Positions 8,358-16,303 of a stretch of 32,000 nt of DNA are shown here, one piece after another (positions within the stretch are counted from its first letter, which is position 1; each line of letters opens with the position of its first letter). The stretch comes from Candidatus Binatia bacterium (lineage in GTDB: Bacteria; Desulfobacterota; Binatia; UBA9968; JAJDTQ01). Where the stretch lies: the NCBI GenBank assembly GCA_022824205.1, contig JAJEAI010000056.1, forward strand, positions 1 to 32,000. Direction: 5' to 3'. The notes beneath the pieces are model-generated. The model did no database searches. It was not told the DNA's origin and worked only from the letters and a program-made list of their open reading frames with translations. Made by a program: the position numbers and the translations under genes.

Positions 8358-9500
8358 ATGAAGATCGCGGTCATCACGGACGCTTGGGAACCGCAGGTCA
8401 ACGGCGTGGTGCGAACGTTGCAGCAGACGCGAACGCACCTGGGAAAACTCGGGCACGAAACACGCTTCGTGACGCCGCTGGACTTCGCCACTTTCCCTTG
8501 TCCCACCTATCCGTCCATCCGACTGGCCCTTTTCGCCGGCCGCGGGGTCCGGCGCATCCTGCGGGAATTCAAGCCCGAGGCCGTACACCTTTCCACCGAG
8601 GGACCGATCGGACACGCGGCGCGGTCCTATTGTTGCCGCTTCGGCATCCCCTTCACCACGTGTTTCCACACGCTCTTTCCTGAATACATCCGCGCACGCG
8701 CGCCGATTCCGGTGAGCTGGTCCTACCGCTACCTGCGGCGGTACCACGGTGCCGCTACGCGAACCTTGGTGGCGACCCGCTCCCTGGCCGAGCATTTGCG
8801 TCGAAACGGCTTCGACAACCTCGCCATCTGGGCCCGAGGCGTGGACACGGACCTATTCAAGCCGGGACCCAAGTCCTTTCTGCCGGGCGCGCGGCCGCTG
8901 TCCATGTACATGGGGCGCGTGGCGGTGGAAAAGAACATCGAGGCATTTCTGGATCTGGACCTTCCCGGCACCAAGTACGTCGTGGGGGACGGCCCGGATC
9001 TGCGGAGCCTGCGCTCGCGTTACCCGGACGTCCGGTTCGTCGGGCAGAAACTGGGCGAGGAGCTGGCGGCGCATGTGGCCGCCGCCGACGTGTTCGTCTT
9101 CCCGAGCCTGACGGACACCTTCGGGCTCGTCATGCTGGAGGCCATGGCCTGCGGCGTTCCGGTGGCGGCATTTCCGGTCACCGGACCGTTGGACGTGGTG
9201 CGGAACGGCATCACCGGCGTCCTGCACCCGGACCTTCGCGCCGCCGTTCTCGGCGCATTGGAGGTCGATCCCGCCGACTGTGTGGCCTACGCACGGCAGC
9301 ACACTTGGCTGGAGTGGACCCGGCGGTTCGTGTCGCTGTTGGAGCCCGTTGCGCCGGGCTTCTGGCAGAAGGCCGTGCGTCCCCTTCCCCCGCCTCCGCC
9401 CCACCTGGATTCCCGCTTCCCAGGCGATGTCATTCCGCTACACCCCGATGAGTCATTCCCGCGGAAGCGGGAATCCAGGCGGGGTGAGGCCGGGCAATGA
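8358..9500 (+). CDS. GT4-type glycosyltransferase (bacterial diacylglycerol/mannosyl transferase-like)
   Basis: MKIAVITDAWEPQVNGVVRTLQQTRTHLGKLGHETRFVTP; VDTDLFKPG; MGRVAVEKNIEAFLDLDLPGTKYVVGDGP; VFVFPSLTDTFGLVMLEAMACGVPVAAFP. Last ~35 codons lie in repeat DNA. Confidence 0.88.
   Translation: MKIAVITDAWEPQVNGVVRTLQQTRTHLGKLGHETRFVTPLDFATFPCPTYPSIRLALFAGRGVRRILREFKPEAVHLSTEGPIGHAARSYCCRFGIPFTTCFHTLFPEYIRARAPIPVSWSYRYLRRYHGAATRTLVATRSLAEHLRRNGFDNLAIWARGVDTDLFKPGPKSFLPGARPLSMYMGRVAVEKNIEAFLDLDLPGTKYVVGDGPDLRSLRSRYPDVRFVGQKLGEELAAHVAAADVFVFPSLTDTFGLVMLEAMACGVPVAAFPVTGPLDVVRNGITGVLHPDLRAAVLGALEVDPADCVAYARQHTWLEWTRRFVSLLEPVAPGFWQKAVRPLPPPPPHLDSRFPGDVIPLHPDESFPRKRESRRGEAGQ
9404..9436. repeat. CCTGGATTCCCGC...GTCATTCC dispersed repeat, copy A
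   Basis: cctggattcccgcttcccaggcgatgtcattcc; imperfect relative of copies B and C. Confidence 0.65.
9452..9480. repeat. GTCATTCCCGCGGAAGCGGGAATCCAGGC repeat, copy B (inverted relative to A and C)
   Basis: Contains hairpin ATTCCCGC-ggaa-GCGGGAAT. Confidence 0.75.
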
Positions 9501-9520
9501 GGTCGCCACACCCACCCCAC

Positions 9521-9549
9521 CCCTGGATTCCCGCTTTCGCGGCAATGAC
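9521..9549. repeat. CCTGGATTCCCGCTTTCGCGGCAATGAC repeat, copy C
   Basis: Same core as copy A, reverse complement of copy B with few mismatches. Confidence 0.75.
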
Positions 9550-9618
9550 GGTTCGGGGTGGCCGTGCCATTCCGTGTTCGTTTGGGGTCTTGACACAGCT
9601 TGTTTCGCGGGAATGAGC

Positions 9619-10155
9619 CTATTGCTCCAGTTGAGAGCCGGCGATGTAGTAGAACGTTTCCAGCGCGGGCAGGATGTACCAGTCGTCGTGGGGAAAACGC
9701 ATGGCGAGGAAGAAGCCCCAGATGGACAGGACCGTGCCGACGTATTGAGGGTGGCGGAGGATCGAGAAGGGGAAGGACCGGCACCAGGAGACATCGTAAC
9801 CGAACTTGGCACCGTAGAAGACGCCCACCTGGCCCAGGCGCAGGAACACGCTCAGGTTGAGCACCTGGCCCGCGATCACCAGCGCGGTGCCGACGCTCAG
9901 CCACAAGACACTCTCGTTCAAGGAGCTCAAGGAGCCTTCTCCGTAGAGATAGCACCAGCCGAGGAACACGCTGATCTGGATGGCCTTGAAGCCCAGGAAG
10001 AGCTTTCGCAGGACGTCGATGGGCTCTCCGAGGAAACGCATCCACGGCAAAGAGCACATCCTGCAGAAGGCCTCGGGGAAGCGCCACACGAAAGCGTAGC
10101 AGATGCGCTCCAAGCTGAGGCAGAAGGCGGCGACTACGAAGCTCCAGAGGTCCAT
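9619..10155 (-). CDS. Phospholipid/isoprenylcysteine-type membrane methyltransferase (PEMT-like)
   Basis: 178 aa membrane protein; LRLGQVGVFYGAKFGYDVSWCRSFPFSILRHPQYVGTVLSIWGFFLAMR. Confidence 0.72.
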   Translation of the reverse strand: MDLWSFVVAAFCLSLERICYAFVWRFPEAFCRMCSLPWMRFLGEPIDVLRKLFLGFKAIQISVFLGWCYLYGEGSLSSLNESVLWLSVGTALVIAGQVLNLSVFLRLGQVGVFYGAKFGYDVSWCRSFPFSILRHPQYVGTVLSIWGFFLAMRFPHDDWYILPALETFYYIAGSQLEQ

Positions 10156-10233
10156 CTGTTTGTGCGCATTCCAGACAAGCCGTGCACCGGCGTAAGCTAC
10201 ACGCCCGCACGCTCCCGGGTTTGCCTCCCTTGA

Positions 10234-12702
10234 TTACCGGCCCGCTTCCCGCTGGTCGCGCGCCTCGAGGCACTCGTCGCCCGACGACAATCCCTCCGTG
10301 GCGTAACCGGGCTTGTATGCCTCTACGCTGGAGTACGGCGGCAGGAAGGCGCGCGCTTCCGCCAACGACCGCGGCACGTAGGCGATGAGGTCCGTGAGCG
10401 GGTCGGTGATGAGCTTGATGAACCACACCATGGAGATGCGGAAGTCGTGCAGCCAAGTGAGATAGGCCACACGGCCCAGCACCACGATCAGCGTCAGGCC
10501 GAACCACTGCTTGGCGATGGCGGGCAACGTGTCCGCGGCGGCGGCCCACGTCCACGCGTCGACGCCCGCCAGGTTGAACACCGGAATCAACAAGTAGGCC
10601 AGGACGATGAGGGTCTTGTTGCGAGTGTTGTAGCCCAGCAGCAGCTCTTCCTTGTCGTGGCACGGCGGCTCGATGACCGCGTGACCCAGTTGCCGCACCA
10701 GCAGCGCGGCGAGGCTGAAGGACACCGCGGTGGTGAGGTTCGCGAATATCAGGAAGTAGCAGTAGATGAAGACGCTGGAGCTCAGGATGTGGCCGAACTG
10801 GTTCAGCGGATGGCTGTGGGACGCCTCGTGGTCGTCGTGCTTGCGGCGCATGACCTCGGTGTAGAAGGCCCACAGGGGCTTCGGCACGGGCACCAGCGTG
10901 CCCAGAAGTTCGCGCACAAGTCCCCTCCGCAGCTTGCGGTCGCGGCCGGGCTGCTGCGCTTCGGTGAGCCACCAACCGTCCTGGCGCATGGCGCGGGCCG
11001 CGCTCACGAGCTTGCCCTTGAGTTCCCGATAGTCCTCCGGTCCGAAGTCCATGTTGCTGATGCAGCGGCCGGTGCCGACCCAACTCAGGGTGACCCCTTC
11101 GGCCCGCAGGTAGTACTGCAGCAGCCAGTTGTAACGGCCGGGCTCCTGGAACAGCACCGTCCACACGGTGGCGAGGTTCACCACCCGCAGCGGCAGGCCG
11201 GCCTGCGCCAGCTCCTGGTTGGTCTCCCGCGCCCAGTCGCCGCAACGGTCGTTGACCTCGTCGTAGGCGGCCTCCGCCTCCGGTCCGGCAACCCAGCGAA
11301 GGAACTCGTTCATGGCGCCCATCACCACGGGATGCGCGGAGAACGTGCCGATGACGTAGGCCAGGCGCATGGGGTGGTCGGGGTCCGTGCGCCGCATGAG
11401 TTCCTTCCGGCCGCACACCACGCCGATGGGCATCCCGCCGCCCACGGTCTTGCCGTAGACCACCATGTCGGCCTGGACGTCGAAAAACTCCTGCGCGCCA
11501 CCGGGAGCCAGCCGGAAACCGGAGTAGACCTCGTCGAAGATCAGCGGGATATCACACGCGGCACAGACTTCGCGCAACTCGTGCAGCCACCGCTGATACG
11601 CGGCGTGCTCCTCGCGCGTCTTGCGCACGCTGCTGGTGAGCAACAATGCGTCGCTCGGCGGGGGCGAGTTCGGATGGAACGACTGCACCGGGTTCACCAG
11701 CACGCCCGCGATCTCCCCGGAGCGCCGGCGGATGGCGGCCAGCGAGGCGGGGGCCATGTCCTTGAGGGTGAGACAGTCCGTCAAGTCGCGCTCGCTCCCC
11801 AGGCCGGGCTGCACGCCGTCCCACCAGCCGTGGTAGGCGCCGGAGAAGCACACGATGAACCGGCGCCGCGTGTTGAAGCGCGCCAGCCGCACGGCGGACA
11901 TCACCGCCTCGGTGCCGCTCATGTGGAACGACACTTCGTCCAGCCCGGAGATCCTCTTGAGCACGTGGATGTTCTCGGCCACGAGGGGATGAAGCGGACC
12001 CAGCACCACGCCCAGGTCCTTGACGCGTTCCATGCCCTTCCGCATCCACTGCTTGTAGCGCTCCTGTCCCGCCACGTTGACGCCGTAGGAGCCGCTGAGG
12101 TCGAGGGACCAGTTCCCGTCGAGGTCACGCAGGCGCGGCCCGTCGGACTCGGTCACCACCGAGCAAAGGTTGAACTTCTTCCGCATCAGCCGCGCGAACG
12201 GAAACGGCACCCGGCCGGCGTCGGTGAAGCGCAGGTCCGAGAAGTTCTCCCGGATGGCGCCGCTCCAGGCAATGGCCTCGGCGGAACGCGCGCGGAAGTG
12301 GTTGGCGAGCCGCTCCAGCGCGTTCTCGCGGCGCTGCGCCCAACCCGGTTCCGCACCGTCGGCGCTGAAGAACTCGTGCGCGGCGTAGTCCCTGGAACGC
12401 ACCCAGCGGGCAAGGCGCCGGGACAGCGCCGGCCCGAACGCACGCGCGCGCACCGTAACCAGCCCACGGTAGAGCTTCCTGATCGGCACGAGCACGGCCG
12501 CACCAAGCAGCAAGACGAGAGCCGGCATCCACGCGGCCCCCAACTCGATGCTGCATCCCGTCATGAAACCGGGTCCCGGGCAGGACAAACCGATCCGGAG
12601 CGCTTCACTCGCTTCCACCAAGCCCATTGACAGTATTCCTCCTGTCGCCCCTTCGGCCGCGCGCCAGTGTTCCGTCCGGTTCATTCGGACAGAATCCCGC
12701 AC
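10234..12702 (-). CDS. Class III (glutamate-1-semialdehyde-type) aminotransferase fused to a C-terminal multi-pass membrane domain
   Basis: 822 aa; LDGNWSLDLSGSYGVNVAG, FHMSGTEAVMSAVRLAR, FIVCFSGAYHGWWDG, LIFDEVYSGFRL, VVYGKTVGGGMPIGVVCGR (PLP Lys); about 194 C-terminal residues HSHPLNQFGHILSSSVFIYCYFLIF... with several hydrophobic helices. Exact start uncertain. Confidence 0.85.
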   Translation of the reverse strand: MRDSVRMNRTEHWRAAEGATGGILSMGLVEASEALRIGLSCPGPGFMTGCSIELGAAWMPALVLLLGAAVLVPIRKLYRGLVTVRARAFGPALSRRLARWVRSRDYAAHEFFSADGAEPGWAQRRENALERLANHFRARSAEAIAWSGAIRENFSDLRFTDAGRVPFPFARLMRKKFNLCSVVTESDGPRLRDLDGNWSLDLSGSYGVNVAGQERYKQWMRKGMERVKDLGVVLGPLHPLVAENIHVLKRISGLDEVSFHMSGTEAVMSAVRLARFNTRRRFIVCFSGAYHGWWDGVQPGLGSERDLTDCLTLKDMAPASLAAIRRRSGEIAGVLVNPVQSFHPNSPPPSDALLLTSSVRKTREEHAAYQRWLHELREVCAACDIPLIFDEVYSGFRLAPGGAQEFFDVQADMVVYGKTVGGGMPIGVVCGRKELMRRTDPDHPMRLAYVIGTFSAHPVVMGAMNEFLRWVAGPEAEAAYDEVNDRCGDWARETNQELAQAGLPLRVVNLATVWTVLFQEPGRYNWLLQYYLRAEGVTLSWVGTGRCISNMDFGPEDYRELKGKLVSAARAMRQDGWWLTEAQQPGRDRKLRRGLVRELLGTLVPVPKPLWAFYTEVMRRKHDDHEASHSHPLNQFGHILSSSVFIYCYFLIFANLTTAVSFSLAALLVRQLGHAVIEPPCHDKEELLLGYNTRNKTLIVLAYLLIPVFNLAGVDAWTWAAAADTLPAIAKQWFGLTLIVVLGRVAYLTWLHDFRISMVWFIKLITDPLTDLIAYVPRSLAEARAFLPPYSSVEAYKPGYATEGLSSGDECLEARDQREAGR

Positions 12703-12726
12703 GGCTTGGGAGGACCGACCTTCTTC

Positions 12727-13587
12727 TCAGGCAGGCCTGCCTGCCGCTCCGTCGCGATGGTGGGCGTCGTCCTTGTTGGTAAGCAGCGGGACAAACGCAC
12801 GGTCCTCCTCCTCGCCGAAGGCGATCCGGTGAGTGTCCTGCCACTCCAGCAACTCCAGCCGCCCGTCCTCGTGCTCCACCAGAGCGCTGTTGCTCTCCAC
12901 CCAGTCGCCGCAGTTGCAGTAGGTGATGTCGTTCAGGGAAACGATCTGAGCCCGGTGGATGTGTCCGCAGATGACCCCGTCCACCCCCAGGCGCGCCGCC
13001 TCGAACGCCACCGCCGCCTCGAAGTTGCTGATGTAGCGCATGGCGTTCTTGACCTTGTGCTTGATGGCGCCGGCGAGCGACCAGTAGGGCAGCCCTACCT
13101 TGCGCCGTGCCAGGTTGAGCCGCGTATTGACGGCCAGGAGCACGTCGTACGCGTGGCTGCCGAGGAGCGCGATGGCCCTGGAGGAGCGCACCACGCTGTC
13201 GAACTGGTCGCCGTGAATCACCAGGAACCGCTTGCCGTCGGCCTTTCGGTGCACGATCCGGTCACTGATCCGGATGTTGCCGAACGTCATGCCGTCGTAG
13301 TCGCGCAACATCTCGTCGTGATTCCCCGGGACGTAGATCACCTTGGTGCCGTACTTGGCCTTCCCGAGTATCGTTCGTAGAACGTTGTTGTGGTCCTGGG
13401 GCCAGAACGGCCGTTTGCGGACGGACCATATGTCGATGATGTCACCGACAAGATAGAGAAACTCGCACTCCACGGAACGCAGGAATGCAAGCAGAGACGC
13501 GGCGCTGCAGCCGCGGAAACCCAGATGGATGTCGGAGAGCCAGACCGTACGGAAAAACCGCGGTACCGTTCCCGTCGAGTTCGACAC
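12727..13587 (-). CDS. PlcP/LpxH-like calcineurin-type metallophosphoesterase (UDP-2,3-diacylglucosamine diphosphatase-like)
   Basis: 286 aa; VWLSDIHLGFRGCSAASLLAFLRSVECEFLYLVGDIIDIW, VIYVPGNHDEMLRDY, FLVIHGDQFD, GVICGHIHRAQI, YCNCGDWVES. Confidence 0.87.
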   Translation of the reverse strand: MSNSTGTVPRFFRTVWLSDIHLGFRGCSAASLLAFLRSVECEFLYLVGDIIDIWSVRKRPFWPQDHNNVLRTILGKAKYGTKVIYVPGNHDEMLRDYDGMTFGNIRISDRIVHRKADGKRFLVIHGDQFDSVVRSSRAIALLGSHAYDVLLAVNTRLNLARRKVGLPYWSLAGAIKHKVKNAMRYISNFEAAVAFEAARLGVDGVICGHIHRAQIVSLNDITYCNCGDWVESNSALVEHEDGRLELLEWQDTHRIAFGEEEDRAFVPLLTNKDDAHHRDGAAGRPA

Positions 13588-13915
13588 GTCGCCACCTCAT
13601 GAGTCGTTCGGATCCGGGCCAAGCAACCCGGGTTCGTTGATTTGGAGTTTCCAGCGAAAAGGCTAACGTGCCGGTGTGTTTACAAGATGAAGCGCTTGCG
13701 TCGAAAAAGCGAAGTCTTCGTTGACGTTCTGTTACCGGCGAAGCGTTGCTTCTCCATTACCGGCGCCTTCTTGCCCGCCTTGACCGCCTGTATGGCCTCG
13801 CGCTGTCCGGCCGGCCGGCTGCCGATGGGTTGCCGATGTATAATGGCCCGAAGCGAAAGGCACACTTCCATGAAAAGACAGATTTCCATGCCTTGCCTTT
13901 TCGCCGTAGCGATAG

Positions 13916-14126
13916 CTAGTGTCGCGTCCCGCAAATAAGTGGCATAATTTGCCGGTCTTTTTCGCCGTCGGCTGCGTGACGTCACCCCGGGCTTGACCCG
14001 GGGTCTTCCTCGCGTGGTACCCGCCACACGGGGCGACCGCGGGTCGCCCCTACGGGTCATCGCGCCTTGCCGACGACAAAAAATCCTGCGCAACTTATGC
14101 CACTTATTTGCGGGACGCGACACTAG
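13916..14126. mobile_element. MITE-like non-coding element with 31-bp perfect terminal inverted repeats
   Basis: 13916-13946 ctagtgtcgcgtcccgcaaataagtggcata is the exact reverse complement of 14096-14126 tatgccacttatttgcgggacgcgacactag; similarity continues imperfectly inward. Confidence 0.85.
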
Positions 14127-14165
14127 AGATTTAATCCGATCTTAACCTGCTTCGGGTAAGGAACC

Positions 14166-16259
14166 ATGATGGAGAAAGAAAGCCTTTTCGTGAACCGTGA
14201 GATCTCGTGGATGGAGTTCAACCGGCGCGTGCTCGACGAGGCCCTGAACGACGAGGTGCCGCTGCTGGAGCGCGTGAAGTTCCTGGCCATCTTCAGCTCC
14301 AACCTCGACGAGTACTTCATGGTGCGAGTGGCGCGGCTCAAGCGACGCATCCGCGAAGGTGATGCGCAACCCGGCCCCGACGGCATGACCCCGACGCAGA
14401 CGCTGCACGGCATCTCGGAGATGGCACGCCGCCTGTCGACGCTGCAGCACGCCTGCTTCCTGGAGAAGGTGCTGCCGCGGCTCGGGGACGAGGGCATGCA
14501 CATCGTCCAGGGCGACCAGCTCACCGGGCCCCAGCAAGCGTTCCTGGAAGATTACTTCAACCGCACCGTGTTCCCGGTGCTGACGCCCCTGGCCATCGAT
14601 CCGGGGCATCCGTTCCTCTACCTGGCGAACCGCGGGCTTTGCCTCGTGGCCGCGCTGAACCCGACGAGCGACTCCGACTCCGTGCTGCCCGATGCGAACC
14701 TCTCGGTGGTCCACACCCCGGCCCACGTGATCCCGCGCTTCATCGAGCTGCCCTCGGACGACGGCGCGCACCGGTTCATCCGGCTGGAGGAGGTACTGAG
14801 GATGTACCTGCCGCAGCTCTACCGGGGCTACGAGATCCTCTCCTGCCATGCGTTGCGGGTGACCCGGGACGCGGAGTACGAGCCCACCGCCAAGATCCGC
14901 TCCGACGACCTGCTCCAGAGCATCGAGCAGGGCATCAAGGAGCGGCGCATGGGCGGGGCGGTACGCCTGCAGCACGACGAGGACATGCCCGAGCACATCC
15001 TGTCGCTGTTCGTCGATGAGTTGGAACTGGGGCAAGAGGACCTGTACGCGGGCAAGGGGTTCACCGCCTTCACCGACCTGTTCGAGCTGTACGCGAAGCT
15101 GGACCTGCCGCACCTCAAGGACCGCCCGTTCGCGCCGCTGCCCGTGAAGGCGTTCGAGGGAGGCGGGAACATCTGGAGCACGATCCGGCATTCGGACGTT
15201 CTGGTGCAGCATCCCTATCACTCCTTCGACGCCGTCACCCAATTCGTGGACGAGGCCGCGGAGGACCCCAACGTCCTCGCCATCAAGATGACGCTCTACC
15301 GCGTGAGCCCCAGTTCGCCCATCGTGCAGTCGCTGGGCAAGGCGGCGGAAGCCGGCAAGGAAGTGGCGGTGCTGCTGGAACTCCAGGCGCGCTTCGACGA
15401 GGAGGCCAACATCTCCTGGGCGCGCACGCTGGAGAACGTGGGCGCCCACGTGGTCTACGGCATCGTCGGCCTCAAGACCCACTGCAAACTGTGCCTGGTG
15501 GTGCGCCGGGAGGCCGGGGAAATCCGCCGCTACTGCCACCTGGGAACCGGCAACTACAACGCACGCACCGCCAGCATCTACAGCGACTTCAGCCTGTTCA
15601 CCGGACGCGACAGCTTCGGCGAGGACGTGAACGAGGTATTCAACCTGCTCACCGGCTACACCCGGCAACGCCGGCTCAACAACCTGGTGGTGGCTCCCGC
15701 CGACCTGCGCGACGCTTTCGTGGACCGCATCCGGCGCGAGGTGGCGCACGTCGAGGCCGGCCGTCCCGGCCGCATCGTCGCCAAGCTCAACAGCCTGGTG
15801 GATCCCCGCCTGATCGAGGAACTCTACGCGGCAAGCCGCGCGGGCGTGTCCATCGACCTCATCGTGCGCGGCATCTGCTGCCTGCGTCCGGGAGTGCAGG
15901 GGCTTTCCGAGAACATCCGCGTCCGCTCCATCATAGACCGCTACCTGGAGCACGCGCGCGTGTACCACTTCGCCAACGGCGGCGACCCGGACTACTTCCT
16001 GGCGTCGGCGGACTGGATGCCGCGCAACCTCGACCGCCGCGTCGAGGTGGCCTTCCCCGTGCCGGAGCCGGGGTTGCAAAGGACCATCGACGAAGTGCTT
16101 TCCCTGCAACTGCGCGACAACACCAAGGCGTGGGACATCCTTCCCGACGGCACCTCGCAGCGGCTCGCGCGCAACGGCGCAACGCCGGTGCGCTCCCAGG
16201 AAGAGACCTACTCCGTGCTGGGCTCCCCGCTCGACGCCAACCGGGCGGTGGATGACTGA
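14166..16259 (+). CDS. ppk1: Polyphosphate kinase 1
   Basis: 697 aa; MEKESLFVNREISWMEFNRRVLDEA, FLAIFSSNLDEYFMVRV, HPYHSFDAVTQFVDEAAEDPNVLAIKMTLYR, GLKTHCKLCLVVRRE, YCHLGTGNYNARTASIYSDFSLFT. Confidence 0.96.
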   Translation: MMEKESLFVNREISWMEFNRRVLDEALNDEVPLLERVKFLAIFSSNLDEYFMVRVARLKRRIREGDAQPGPDGMTPTQTLHGISEMARRLSTLQHACFLEKVLPRLGDEGMHIVQGDQLTGPQQAFLEDYFNRTVFPVLTPLAIDPGHPFLYLANRGLCLVAALNPTSDSDSVLPDANLSVVHTPAHVIPRFIELPSDDGAHRFIRLEEVLRMYLPQLYRGYEILSCHALRVTRDAEYEPTAKIRSDDLLQSIEQGIKERRMGGAVRLQHDEDMPEHILSLFVDELELGQEDLYAGKGFTAFTDLFELYAKLDLPHLKDRPFAPLPVKAFEGGGNIWSTIRHSDVLVQHPYHSFDAVTQFVDEAAEDPNVLAIKMTLYRVSPSSPIVQSLGKAAEAGKEVAVLLELQARFDEEANISWARTLENVGAHVVYGIVGLKTHCKLCLVVRREAGEIRRYCHLGTGNYNARTASIYSDFSLFTGRDSFGEDVNEVFNLLTGYTRQRRLNNLVVAPADLRDAFVDRIRREVAHVEAGRPGRIVAKLNSLVDPRLIEELYAASRAGVSIDLIVRGICCLRPGVQGLSENIRVRSIIDRYLEHARVYHFANGGDPDYFLASADWMPRNLDRRVEVAFPVPEPGLQRTIDEVLSLQLRDNTKAWDILPDGTSQRLARNGATPVRSQEETYSVLGSPLDANRAVDD

Positions 16260-16303
16260 GCGAGACCGGCCTCGGTGGCGGGTTCGCGGTTCCCTGAATC
16301 GAG

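Noticed and set aside
9404-9549. CRISPR-like array from repeated GGATTCCCGC units
   Set aside because: Units alternate in orientation, differ in length and lack regular spacers; typical of dispersed palindromic repeats.
10447-12630. 727-aa plus-strand ORF opposite the aminotransferase fusion
   Set aside because: Composition-driven antisense ORF (His/Val/Arg-rich, no domain); the minus strand encodes an unambiguous aminotransferase.
13680-14123. 147-aa minus-strand ORF
   Set aside because: Half of it is the inverted-repeat element and the rest has basic, arbitrary composition; no support as a gene.
13588-14165. Possible PhoB box near plcP-like or ppk1 promoters
   Set aside because: I looked for a CTGTCAT-type direct repeat and saw no convincing match; a proper matrix scan is needed.
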